Shown: positions 1 to 9,361, numbered from the stretch's first letter. The stretch is 26,366 nucleotides of DNA from Methanothrix sp. (GCA_037128175.1 JBAXWY010000039.1:1-26366); one strand, 5' to 3'. The notes: generated by a model from the sequence alone, not told the origin. Made by a program: numbers and translations.

Positions 1-45
1 ACTACGAATTATAATAGTTGAGTAGATCTATTTAAGACTTAGCAT

Positions 46-61
46 CAATGATCGATCATTG
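46..61. promoter_or_regulatory. Perfect 16-bp palindrome CAATGATCGATCATTG, possible operator
   Basis: Self-complementary 16-mer about 10 nt downstream of a TATA-like TATTTAAG (29-36). Function is inferred. Confidence 0.3.
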
Positions 62-88
62 CTTTATTCGTCCTCGACCTTTGCAGTT

Positions 89-307
89 TCACGCGCCCTC
101 AGCAGGCCTATTTTTTCCCACATACTTGTTTTTCGTCTTCCTGTCCATCTTCCAGTAATGATACCAGTACGGCCCGTGCAGCTCCCCGCCGGCCCTGGCA
201 CAGCGGCAAGTGGGCTTGCCGCACAACACCCTCTGCAGCACGTAGGAGCCGCCCACCTGGCAGGCTCGACCAAATATGGACAATATGGACAATAATTCCA
301 TGTCCAT
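89..307 (-). CDS. DUF6788-like small Cys/His protein, probably 5'-truncated, start uncertain
   Basis: Motif CGKPTCRC...HGPYWYHYWK...KYVGK is characteristic of DUF6788. The N-terminal part runs through the repeat cluster and looks non-homologous. Confidence 0.55.
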   Translation of the reverse strand: MDMELLSILSIFGRACQVGGSYVLQRVLCGKPTCRCARAGGELHGPYWYHYWKMDRKTKNKYVGKNRPAEGA

Positions 308-321
308 AAATTGTCCATATT
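273..321. repeat. Cluster of four ATGGACA motifs, two direct and two inverted
   Basis: AATATGGAC-AATATGGAC-AAT (273-293), then TGTCCAT (301-307) and ATTGTCCATATT (310-321). 282-293 and 310-321 form a perfect 12-bp inverted repeat. Confidence 0.75.
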
Positions 322-816
322 CAGAACAAAAGATAGCGTGCGCCCTTCTGCCGCCCTTCTTGGCGCAGGAGCCTCGCCTTCACCATATTCTCAAGGCACG
401 TACCTTGCCCTTCTATCGCTGACCTCAAGCAGCTTCTGAGCCTCACTCCTCCTTATGGTGTCGTGCTCCTTTACGTAGGCTATGATTTTCTGTTCTTCTC
501 CTGATAACTCTGCAGGCGTCACATGGTAAAACTTCACCTGAAACGCCGTCCTCTTGTCCTCGAAAACCGGCGCTGTTAGCCCTCTTTTCTGCATAGCATC
601 CAGCATGGCATCTAGGCCGATGCCCCTGTTCTCTACCAGGTGGACATTTTCCATCAAATGCATGAGCAGCCGGTTCCTGGTGGACTGCCCCTCTTGCAGT
701 CTATCGAGTGTCACCCTGCCATAGAGCCCTCCTGGGTTCTCGACCTCCAGGCGATCGGCAAACATACGCACCTGGATATGGCTGCCGCGCACGAAGTGGC
801 TATAGTCCCGGTGGGT
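321..816 (-). pseudogene. C-terminal fragment of an HATPase_c_4 ('RecG C-terminal')/wHTH protein, 5'-truncated and frameshifted
   Basis: HRDY...DRLEVENPGGL...RNRLL...LVENRGIG motifs, with homology starting abruptly at HRDY. After a frameshift near 395 the wing continues as LENMVKARLLRQEGRQKGARYLLF* (stop 321-323). Confidence 0.75.
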
Positions 817-902
817 CGATGGTCTGCCTGCTCCCTGGCCTTTTAGCCTTCTGGCCGCCAAGGCTACGAAATAAGAATTTCATGAGCAAACACGCACAAA
901 TT

Positions 903-948
903 TCTCATAATTCGTCAATCTTATATAAATGATTGATAGATAATGAGA
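903..948 (+). promoter_or_regulatory. TATA box flanked by an 18-bp imperfect inverted repeat, putative autoregulatory operator
   Basis: TCTCATAATTCGTCAATC-[TTATATAAAT]-GATTGATAGATAATGAGA, arms match 14/18. The ATG at 951 follows directly. Confidence 0.65.
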
Positions 949-950
949 TT

Positions 951-1683
951 ATGTGGCTTAGCGAGAGTGAGATTGAGACCCTGGTGCTTATCGCCGGAGC
1001 AGAGCGAGCCGTGTATCCAGCGGACCTCTCCCTTCTCGCTACTGTTTGCAGACAAACGAATTGATCTGCTCTCCCGAATCGAGAGCGAACAGAAGAGCGT
1101 CCAGGTGCTTGAGGAAGAGACGGCCATCCCGAAAAAGACGATCTACCGCTATTTAAAAAGCCTCCTGCGCCTGGGCGCAGTGAAGCGCACCAAAAAGGAC
1201 CGGGCCTATATCTACTCCTTGAATAAAATCATCTGGCCGGAGCTGAAGGACTTCGTGACCTTACTTCAGGAGTACCAGGTGCTGCGCCTCGTCCCCAGGG
1301 ATGCGCTGCTCATCAGGAGCTATGAAAATAGCGTGCTCTTCAAGAGCCCGAGGCCGCAGGATGCCACATTCTCCTCCTTTTCCGCCTACAAGGATTACGG
1401 GATCGAGCTTTTCCTGCGGGACTACTACTACACCCTGCCCAAAAGGGAGCTTTCTATTGGGGAGATCTTCATCCATTCCCTCGACTCTGCTGAAGACTAC
1501 CGCCAGAGGCTCTTTTGCGTATTGTTTTACCTGAAGAACAGAGATGAATTGAAAGATGCCCGGCATCCCATGATGAAGAGCATCCGGGCGGTGCTGAGGG
1601 GAGAACATATCAAGGGCTATCCCACTGTGGTAGAGATAGAAGAGCATGCGGAGCTTTATGGAATCAATGATATCGAGCCGTGA
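951..1683 (+). pseudogene. Winged-HTH protein of an archaeal wHTH + DUF6036 nucleotidyltransferase pair, frame broken near 1030
   Basis: A plausible N-terminus MWLSESEIETLVLIAGAERAVYPADLS (ATG 951) is out of frame with the body (PFSLLFADKRIDLL...KKTIYRYLKSL...GYPTVVEIEEHAELYGI). It overlaps the start of the nucleotidyltransferase fragment. Confidence 0.6.
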
Positions 1684-1879
1684 AGAGGTCGAGGAGATAC
1701 TGAAGGGCCTGGGCGAGCGCCTTGCTGAGCCCGTCCAGTTTCTGGTCATAGGCGGAGCGGCCATGCTGGAGTACGGCCTGAAGGACGTGACCGAGGACAT
1801 CTACCTGGTTGAATGTAGCCTCCGGTACAATGGAAGGTATCTAGGGCTTGTTTTTGGTACCACGCGGTCTGGCATCTAA
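1667..1879 (+). pseudogene. Truncated DUF6036/AbiEii-like nucleotidyltransferase
   Basis: MISSREEVEEILKGLG...FLVIGGAAMLEYGLKDVTEDIYLV matches the GG...TxDxD signature, with the second Asp replaced by Tyr. The ORF ends soon afterwards. Confidence 0.7.
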
Positions 1880-2021
1880 TGCCAATGACGGCAACCTGCC
1901 CTGCACCCATTTTTCCACCTCGTCGTTTCTCACTCATTGAGGATGCCTGTGACCTAAAAGTATAAGATCTTTGAACGCTCTACTGTAGAAAAATCTCAAA
2001 TATTCAAATTATCGGCTGAAG

Positions 2022-3677
2022 ATGATCGCATTGACAATTAAGACGGGATACAGCGTCTCTGAATACCTGATAGAGCGAATCTATGAAGAGGGAGTCAGAC
2101 ACATCTTTGGAATACCTGGGGATTATGTGCTGAGTTTCTACAATAAGCTTTCCAAGAGTCCCATCCAGGTCATCAACACATGTGATGAGCAGGGCGCAGG
2201 CTTCGCTGCTGATGCCTATGCCAGGATTAAGGGACTGGGGGCAGTATGCGTAACCTATGGCGCGGGCGGCCTGAAACTTGTCAACTCCACCGCCCAGGCA
2301 TATGCAGAGAAGGTTCCGGTCCTTGTCATCAGCGGAGCACCAGGCAAGGCAGAGCGCCTGAAAAATCCTATGCTTCACCATAAAGCCCATCAGTACGAAG
2401 ATCAGCTCAAGATTTTTGAAAGGATTACTGCAGCTTCTGCCGAGTTGAACGATCCTGAAAGGGCTTATTCAGAGATAGATCGAGTTCTTGATGCAGTCCT
2501 TCAGACCAAGAGGCCTGGTTATATCGAGATACCACGCGATATGGTCTTGGCCATTCCAGCAAATCCAGAACCAAGGAAGCCCACTGTCATCGAAGCTCCG
2601 TGCCCGGGCGCACCGTCGGAGGCGCTGGATATGGCAGTGAGCATGATCAACTCCTCCCAAAAGCCCGTGATTATCGCAGGTCTCGAAGTGGAAAGGTACG
2701 ACCTGGCGGAGAAGGTACTGGCACTTGCTTGGAGGTCCAACATTCCCATTGCCGGCTCCCTCCTTGGCAAGTCAGCTATTCAGGAAAATGAATCTCTCTA
2801 TATGGGAATCTATGCAGGAGTTCTCGGACTGGAAGAAGTGAAGGATTACGTTGAGAGCAGCGATTGCATAATCATGATAGGGGTCTATTTAACGGATCTG
2901 AACCTCGGGATTTATACGTCTCATCTGGCCCCGGAAAAGCTGATATACATCGTAAATGAGAGGTTTGCTCTAGGCGAGCATGAATATCCCCGATCAGGAT
3001 TTGATCTGTTGGATCGGTTGGCCAAGGCCAATCTTAGCTGGCATAATCCTGGTCATATACCTTATTCACAAAAGGTTGGGCGATTTTCCGATGACTTTTC
3101 CTCTGATAAGAAAATAACCGTAACAAGAGTATTCCAGGCGCTTAGTGGCTTCCTGGATGAGGAGAACATCTTTCTAGCTGATCCGGGAGATGCTCTTTTT
3201 GGCTCTATCGATGTCAGCTATAATTGCAGCTTCATCTCTCCGGCTTATTATGCATCCCTCGGCTTTGCCGTTCCCGCCAGCATCGGCGCTCAACTAGCTC
3301 GCCCGGATCTAAGGCCTGTTGTCCTAACTGGAGACGGTTCATTCCAGATGACGGGAATGGAGCTCTCCGTTGCAGCAAAATATGGCTTGAATCCAATTGT
3401 CATTGTCCTGAATAACAGGGGTTATGGAACAGAGCGTCCGATGCTAGACGGTGCCTTCAACGATGTAGCTGATTGGAGATACAGCAAAGTTCCGCAGGTT
3501 CTCGGTACTGGTCTAGGATTCCTAATCAAGACTGAAAGAGAGCTTGGTGAGGCGCTGACAGAAGCGAAATCATACGATGGGCCCTGTATTCTTGAGGTGC
3601 TCCTGGAAAAGAACGATATCTCCATCCCGCTCCAAAGACTCGGCAAAAATATGTCGAAATCCGTGAGTCGGGGATAG
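2022..3677 (+). CDS. TPP-dependent 2-ketoacid decarboxylase (pyruvate/indolepyruvate decarboxylase family)
   Basis: FGIPGDY, CDEQGAGFAADAYAR, LHH, TPP motif GDGSFQMT...NN, GYGTER. 551 aa. Confidence 0.92.
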   Translation: MIALTIKTGYSVSEYLIERIYEEGVRHIFGIPGDYVLSFYNKLSKSPIQVINTCDEQGAGFAADAYARIKGLGAVCVTYGAGGLKLVNSTAQAYAEKVPVLVISGAPGKAERLKNPMLHHKAHQYEDQLKIFERITAASAELNDPERAYSEIDRVLDAVLQTKRPGYIEIPRDMVLAIPANPEPRKPTVIEAPCPGAPSEALDMAVSMINSSQKPVIIAGLEVERYDLAEKVLALAWRSNIPIAGSLLGKSAIQENESLYMGIYAGVLGLEEVKDYVESSDCIIMIGVYLTDLNLGIYTSHLAPEKLIYIVNERFALGEHEYPRSGFDLLDRLAKANLSWHNPGHIPYSQKVGRFSDDFSSDKKITVTRVFQALSGFLDEENIFLADPGDALFGSIDVSYNCSFISPAYYASLGFAVPASIGAQLARPDLRPVVLTGDGSFQMTGMELSVAAKYGLNPIVIVLNNRGYGTERPMLDGAFNDVADWRYSKVPQVLGTGLGFLIKTERELGEALTEAKSYDGPCILEVLLEKNDISIPLQRLGKNMSKSVSRG

Positions 3678-3812
3678 GGCTCATTCACCAGTGCCTGCAC
3701 TGCATCTGCCACTGTCATTTGCCAGCTCGGTCTTCCAGTAGGCGTTATACCAGAACCGCGGTCCCTCTTCTCTTTGCCTGGCCTCCAGAGCCACCAGGCC
3801 CATCAGGTTCTA

Positions 3813-4649
3813 TCAAAGCTCTAGTGTGAGTACAAGCCTCATCTCAGTGCCCTCATTGGGAATAGTGGTCCAGTAGCAGCCTTTCTTTATCGTCTCCCCG
3901 TGAGATTGGTCTAAGAACTCATAAGTTCCGTAACCTGTTTTCTCAATGCTCATTCTATTGAATAGTTTCAAAAGTTCTGGATAATTCTGGTACAGGGAAG
4001 AGCTTTTATTGAGCAATACCTGGGTGGGATCCGTTTCGTAAAGGATCGTTCCATCATCTGCTTTGCTCACCCATATCTTGGAGTTTCCCGAAGGCTGGAA
4101 CGAAGCTAAGACCCTTCCGAAAAACTGGCTGTTATTAAACATTAAGCTTACTGTTCCTACAAATGTTCCATTCTTGTCGAAGACGGGCATCTCTGAATCG
4201 ATTGCATACAATCCTTCGACAGCCTTTATGAAATGGAAACCCGAATACAGCTTGGTATTGATTGTGTCATTCACATGCTTCTGCCGTCTCAAGTTTGTTC
4301 CCTTCACGCTTTCAAACGACACGGGCTCAACCTCACGCACGGTGCCGTTGGCATCAATCGTGATGCAATCGATTACAGCAGTATCCACCATCGTGAGGTT
4401 TGACAGAATTGCCCGGGCAGCAGGCCCATCAATGCCTGTTTCTGAGAGGACGAGGCTGGCATCGGCAAGAGCAGTTTCGATTTTGGAAAGATTGGAGTTC
4501 ACAGCATCAGAGGCAGATAGCAGCCTCCACAAAGGCTCTCCGCTTGTCGTCTGCGGCCCAAAGTTAGCCCCCTCTGATGCACATGCTGTGCAGGTCGTCC
4601 CCAATATGATCATGAGGATTAATAAGAATCCCATTTGTTTCATGAACAT
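3813..4649 (-). CDS. Secreted stand-alone Cache-like domain protein
   Basis: N-terminal signal peptide, PAS/Cache-like strands (ITIDANGTV, PVFDKNGTFVGTVS, DDGTILYETD, GYGTYEF). Own BRE/TATA (GAAAAAATTTATAAT, about 4668-4682, minus strand). Confidence 0.7.
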   Translation of the reverse strand: MFMKQMGFLLILMIILGTTCTACASEGANFGPQTTSGEPLWRLLSASDAVNSNLSKIETALADASLVLSETGIDGPAARAILSNLTMVDTAVIDCITIDANGTVREVEPVSFESVKGTNLRRQKHVNDTINTKLYSGFHFIKAVEGLYAIDSEMPVFDKNGTFVGTVSLMFNNSQFFGRVLASFQPSGNSKIWVSKADDGTILYETDPTQVLLNKSSSLYQNYPELLKLFNRMSIEKTGYGTYEFLDQSHGETIKKGCYWTTIPNEGTEMRLVLTLEL

Positions 4650-4862
4650 TTGTCAGTCCATGCATATATTATAAATTTTTTCATAAGGCATATGGCGCTC
4701 TGGTCCTCCACTTATCCGGATGTTCGCCAGGCCCACCAGGCCCTCCTGCCAGCAGACCGTCCGCGCCCGGCTCTCCTGCCCGCCTACTCTGCCGGATCTG
4801 TCTTCCATCTACTGCAAAATTCCTGAAGATATTTAAGCCACAATCGCCATCGTACTACTACC

Positions 4863-6272
4863 ATGAACAAATTCGATCTCATCGTCATCGGCACAGGCGC
4901 GGGAGCGCATGTGGCCTCCCAGGCTGCAAACGAAGGCATGCAAGTCGCTCTGCTGGATCAGGGCCCAGCGGGCGGCACCTGTCTGAACAACGGCTGCATC
5001 CCTTCCAAGATGCTCATCTATCCGGCGGATGTTATCAGGACCATCCAGGAAGCCGGAGCCGTGGGTGTGCATGCCGAGATCAATGAGATCGATTTTCCGG
5101 CCATAATGAGCCGCATGCACAAAGTGGTGGATAAAGCGCAGAGTAACCTGGAAGAGGCTCTTAAAGCCAAAGAGAATTTGACCTATTTTCAGGAAAGAGC
5201 GGAGTTCATCGACGATTATGTCTTGCAGGTGGGCGGCAAGACCATTACCGCACCAATGATAGTAATCGCCACTGGCGCTCGGTCTCTCGTGCCGCCAATA
5301 CCCGGCCTCCTGGAGACGGGCTTTCTGGACAACGTCTCTTTGCTGCAGCTGAAGGCCCCGCCCCAGAGCCTGATCATCATTGGAGCGGGCTACATCGGCT
5401 GCGAATTCGGCCACTTCTTCTCGGCCATGGGTACAAAGGTCACCATCCTGGGGCGCGGCCCGCAGGTGCTCAAAGGCGAAGATCCGGACGCGGCGGGATT
5501 GGTGCAAAAAGTGCTCTCCCTGTACATGCGCGTAGTCACGGGCCATGAGGTCGTTTCCGTCGAGAAAAAGGGCGACAAGAAGGTAGTCTCTGCCAAAAAT
5601 ATGGAGGACGGCAGTGTCCAGCAGTTTGAAGCAGACGAGATCCTCCTGGCAGCGGGACGTCGTTCCAACTCCGATTTGCTCCACCCGGAGAAGAGCGGCA
5701 TAGAGACAGACCGCTACGGCTGGATTATGGTGAATGAGTTTCTGGAGACTGGCAAAAAGGATATCTGGGCAATAGGCGACGCCATCGGCAAGCACATGTT
5801 CCGGCATACGGCCAACTACGAGTCAGAGGTGGTCTCTCACAATCTGCTCCGCGCCAAAGATAGAGAGGACCGGGAAGCTGCCGACTACCACGCCGTGCCT
5901 TATGCCGTCTTCACCCATCCTCAGGTGGCAGGCGTGGGCATGAAAGAGGCGGAAGCGCTTGCCGCAGGGCTAAAAGTGTTGGTAGGTCGGGCTAAGTACA
6001 TGGACGTGGCCAAGGGCGTGGCCATGGCCGAAGAGCACGGCCTGGTCAAAGTGGTACTGGAGGAGGAGACGGGACGCATCCTGGGAGCAACGGTTGTCGG
6101 TCCCATGGCGTCAGAGCTGGTGCAACAGGTGGTCTACCTCATGAACACCGAGTACCAGGACTTAATGCCTGTAATAAAATCACAGGTGATTCACCCCACT
6201 ATTAATGAGGTGCTGGTGCGCGCCTTCTCGGAACTGGAGCATCCAATTCATCAGCATGGTCCGAGCCTGTAG
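4863..6272 (+). CDS. Class I pyridine nucleotide-disulfide oxidoreductase (dihydrolipoamide dehydrogenase/mycothione reductase-like)
   Basis: GTGAG FAD motif, GGTCLNNGCIPSK redox disulfide, GAGYIGCE NAD(P) motif, AIGD, C-terminal HPTINE. Confidence 0.9.
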   Translation: MNKFDLIVIGTGAGAHVASQAANEGMQVALLDQGPAGGTCLNNGCIPSKMLIYPADVIRTIQEAGAVGVHAEINEIDFPAIMSRMHKVVDKAQSNLEEALKAKENLTYFQERAEFIDDYVLQVGGKTITAPMIVIATGARSLVPPIPGLLETGFLDNVSLLQLKAPPQSLIIIGAGYIGCEFGHFFSAMGTKVTILGRGPQVLKGEDPDAAGLVQKVLSLYMRVVTGHEVVSVEKKGDKKVVSAKNMEDGSVQQFEADEILLAAGRRSNSDLLHPEKSGIETDRYGWIMVNEFLETGKKDIWAIGDAIGKHMFRHTANYESEVVSHNLLRAKDREDREAADYHAVPYAVFTHPQVAGVGMKEAEALAAGLKVLVGRAKYMDVAKGVAMAEEHGLVKVVLEEETGRILGATVVGPMASELVQQVVYLMNTEYQDLMPVIKSQVIHPTINEVLVRAFSELEHPIHQHGPSL

Positions 6273-6381
6273 CCAGCGGATAAAGAGGGGCAGCATGCAG
6301 GCGGAAGATACTGGTGCCTACCTGGGGCATGCTGCGAGGATTTTCATGCGGTGTATCAAAGATAAAGATCAAAAAGTCAGT

Positions 6382-6498
6382 TCAGTTATCGTTATGATCC
6401 TCCGTCATGTGCAGTTTCAATTCTTCCTTTGATTCAAAGACCATTCGACAGATTTTGCATTTGAACTTGCTTTCTCCTTTGGATCCGGTGCCGGCCAT
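6382..6498 (-). CDS. 38-aa C2H2 zinc-finger microprotein
   Basis: Manual translation [38 protein letters not shown], which fits F-x-C-x2-C-x3-F-x5-L-x2-H-x4-H. RBS GAGGTG lies just upstream of the ATG. Confidence 0.82.
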   Translation of the reverse strand: MAGTGSKGESKFKCKICRMVFESKEELKLHMTEDHNDN

Positions 6499-6595
6499 TT
6501 CTAACACCTCGAATCGTGCTCCTCGGTTGGATGTTATTATTATTTTAGTTTTTCGTTGCGATTGGGCTAAATACTTTGCAGACCTAAATTTGATT

Positions 6596-6760
6596 ATGGC
6601 TCAAAAATATCAGTGCACCATTTGCGGATATATTTACGATCCCGAAAAAGGGGACTCAGACTCTAAAATTGCTCCCGGAACCTCCTTTGCAGATCTGCCG
6701 GAGACATGGACCTGCCCGCAGTGCGGCGCCGCGAAGGATGATTTCAAAGAGATGAAATAG
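6596..6760 (+). CDS. Rubredoxin (54 aa)
   Basis: [16 protein letters not shown]...[14 protein letters not shown]. The true start is ATG 6596, not the 6407 ORF start. Confidence 0.95.
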   Translation: MAQKYQCTICGYIYDPEKGDSDSKIAPGTSFADLPETWTCPQCGAAKDDFKEMK

Positions 6761-6770
6761 GACAAAAATC

Positions 6771-7949
6771 ATGACGCTCACAAGAGAGATCAAGCCCGGC
6801 GTCAAGTGGGTCGGAGCAATAGACTGGGATCGCAGGCTCTTTGATGCTTTAATTCCTCTGCCTGAAGGAACCAGCTACAACTCCTATCTGATCCAGGGCA
6901 GCGAGAAGACGGCACTCATTGACGCCGTGGACGAATCCATGGCCGGTGTGCTGCTGGGCAACCTGAGTGCTCTGGGCATAAAGAAGATCGACTACATCGT
7001 AGCTCAGCATGCCGAACAGGACCATTCGGGAAGCCTTAAACGGCTGCTTGAGATTTATCCCGATGCTAAAGTGCTCGGCTCCGCCAAGTGTTTGGATCTG
7101 CTCATGCATTTTGGCCTGGTGGACAAAGATCAAGTGCAGGAGGCGAAAGACGGCGAGAAGATAACTCTTGGCGACAAAAGCCTGCAGTTCATTCATGCTC
7201 CCTGGGTGCACTGGCCGGACACCATCTTCACCTATTTGGCCGAAGATCAAATACTTTTTACCTGCGATTTTCTGGGCTCCCATCTGGCCAGCAGCGACCT
7301 TTTTGCCGTTGACGAGGCTACAGTTTACAGGGCTGCCAAGAGGTATTATGCCGAGATAATGATGCCCTTCCGCCAGAACATTAACAAGCACCTGGCCAGG
7401 ATTGAGGATCTGACAATTGCTGTCATCGCCACCAGCCACGGCCCGCTTTACGGCAGGCCCCTGTTTATATTGGATGCTTACCGCGATTGGGCCTCGGATC
7501 GAGTGAAAAACCAGGTGGTTTTGCCTTATGTTTCCATGCACGGGTCCACTCGCATCATGGTAGATTACCTGGTGGACGCTCTTATCTCCCGAGGAGTAGA
7601 AGTGAAGCGATTCGATCTCACCGACTACGACGTGGGAGAGCTGGCAAAGTCTCTGGTGGACGCGGCAACCGTGGTCATCGGCACGCCTACCATTCTGGCC
7701 GGAGCCCATCCCCTGGCGCTTTACGCAGCCATCCTGGCCAATGCCCTGCGGCCCAAGACAAGGTATGCCTCCATCATCGGCTCCTTTGGCTGGGGAGGCA
7801 AGATGCTGGAGCAGATCACCGTCGCCCTGCCCAATCTGAAGCTGCAATTCTTCGATCCGGTAGTCGCCAAAGGCCGTCCCAAAGAGGCAGATTTCCAGGC
7901 CCTGGACCGGCTGGCGGAGGAGATCGCTGCCAAGCACAAGGAACTGTGA
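6771..7949 (+). CDS. fprA: Flavodiiron protein (FprA, class A)
   Basis: GTSYNSYLI, HAEQDH, HWPD, DFLG and SHG diiron ligands, plus flavodoxin domain SMHGST and GSFGWGG. Confidence 0.93.
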   Translation: MTLTREIKPGVKWVGAIDWDRRLFDALIPLPEGTSYNSYLIQGSEKTALIDAVDESMAGVLLGNLSALGIKKIDYIVAQHAEQDHSGSLKRLLEIYPDAKVLGSAKCLDLLMHFGLVDKDQVQEAKDGEKITLGDKSLQFIHAPWVHWPDTIFTYLAEDQILFTCDFLGSHLASSDLFAVDEATVYRAAKRYYAEIMMPFRQNINKHLARIEDLTIAVIATSHGPLYGRPLFILDAYRDWASDRVKNQVVLPYVSMHGSTRIMVDYLVDALISRGVEVKRFDLTDYDVGELAKSLVDAATVVIGTPTILAGAHPLALYAAILANALRPKTRYASIIGSFGWGGKMLEQITVALPNLKLQFFDPVVAKGRPKEADFQALDRLAEEIAAKHKEL

Positions 7950-7983
7950 TGTAATTTGAGGCAAATTTAGGCTAAAGAGGATC

Positions 7984-8817
7984 TTGATTGAGCCATCTCT
8001 TCTCCCTTACATTCTGGTGCTGCTGGCCACAGGCATAGCTGTCGGTTTTTCCTGCGGATTGCTCGGCATAGGGGGCGGCTTTCTCATGGTGCCCGTGCAG
8101 ATCTGGGTGCTGACCTCCACTGGAATTGATCCCACCCTGGCCACCAGGATAGCCTTTGGAACCTCTCTGGCCGTAGTTCTGCCCACGGCTCTGTCCGGAT
8201 GCCGCGGCCACAGTTGCCGGGGCGTTGTTCTCTGGCGGCCGGGAATCATCATGGGCCTCTCTGGCCTGGTAGGAGCCTTTTTGGGAGGTAGCATTGCCGC
8301 TCATGCGCCCGGAGATTTGCTCAGGATGGCCTTCGGATTTGTGGTAATGTTTGGTGCGCTGAGAATGCTCTTTGCCAAAAGTGTGCAGCCCAGGCGAGAG
8401 GCTTTGCTGGAAAAGTCAAGAGAGTATGTTCTCTGGGGACTGGCTGTAGGAATCATTTCCGGTCTGACCGGGATTGGGGGAGGCGTGATCCTGGTGCCGG
8501 CCATGGTCATCGCCATGGGTTTTGGCATGTATCAGGCCATCGGCACCTCGTCGGTAACAATAGCCTTCAATGCCGTGGGCGGGGTCATAGCCTATGCCAT
8601 TAACGGATGGGGCGTGCCCGGACTTCCCGACTACTCTTTGGGCTACATCGACCTGCTGCAGTTTGCTCTGCTGGCGGGAGCAAGCATCTTTACGGCTTCG
8701 TGGGGCGTAAAGGTAGCCCACAGGCTGCCGGCGGAGAAGCTGAAGTACATCTTTGTGGTGCTGATGGTCTATATCGGGCTGAAAATGATCGGGGTCCTGG
8801 GATGGGTGGGACTTTAG
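7984..8817 (+). CDS. TauE/SafE (DUF81) family membrane transporter
   Basis: Hydrophobic protein with two GIGGG repeats, each followed by a GTS motif. TTG start with AGAGGA upstream. Confidence 0.9.
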   Translation: MIEPSLLPYILVLLATGIAVGFSCGLLGIGGGFLMVPVQIWVLTSTGIDPTLATRIAFGTSLAVVLPTALSGCRGHSCRGVVLWRPGIIMGLSGLVGAFLGGSIAAHAPGDLLRMAFGFVVMFGALRMLFAKSVQPRREALLEKSREYVLWGLAVGIISGLTGIGGGVILVPAMVIAMGFGMYQAIGTSSVTIAFNAVGGVIAYAINGWGVPGLPDYSLGYIDLLQFALLAGASIFTASWGVKVAHRLPAEKLKYIFVVLMVYIGLKMIGVLGWVGL

Positions 8818-8860
8818 CACTCAAGGACTTTTGATCGACTTTGCGCTATTTTAATATGCT

Positions 8861-9217
8861 TCATTTTTTGTTGATCTCTTTTAGCATCGGCTGGGAAAGG
8901 TCCGGCTTTGCAGGTATTCCCTCGAGTTTTTCCCTATGTTTTTGGTTAATATCGGTCAAGACTCTATTCAATTCCTCGAAAGCGATTCGCAGCTCTTCGA
9001 AGAGTTCGAGGTTAAAATGCCAGCAGTCATCTTCCTCATTATCCTGACATTCAAGTATTACGAACTTCTGGAACTCGCCGCTTGCCGGAGAATATGTCTT
9101 TTCAATGGACGAAACTGAAATTAGCTTTTATGCCAAAAGCGACCGCTAATGGGCAACCTTCTTCCCATAGCCAACCTTATGCACCCGACCTGAGACATAA
9201 GCCGTGAGTCTTTTCAT
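8861..9217 (-). pseudogene. Decayed acylphosphatase-like gene with helical C-terminal extension
   Basis: MKRLTAYVSGRVHKVGY (compare VSGRVQGVGYR), a frameshift, AVAFGIK, then directly ISVSSIEKTYSPASGEFQKF...KEINKK*. The central G-x-V-x-N-x-x-D-G segment is absent. Confidence 0.7.
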
Positions 9218-9361
9218 CCAAATAGTAATTTCTAGGTTCTTTGTATTTGGCCTTATCTTTGTTTCAGGCTCTACCCAATTGCAGTTACCTCTATAAAGGA
9301 TCAATGAGACTAGCCGTATCGTTCCAACTCAAGAATGAAGGAAATGCAGAGGTCAGATTAA

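Noticed and set aside
6290-6335. GCAGCATGC/GCATGCTGC hairpin between convergent genes
   Set aside because: Only a 9-bp stem with no U-tract. It is a possible terminator but unsupported.
4833-7964. Long antisense ORFs 4833-5807 and 6849-7964, and those over mmp10 and uvrA
   Set aside because: They are shadow frames of GC-rich genes with no recognisable motifs.
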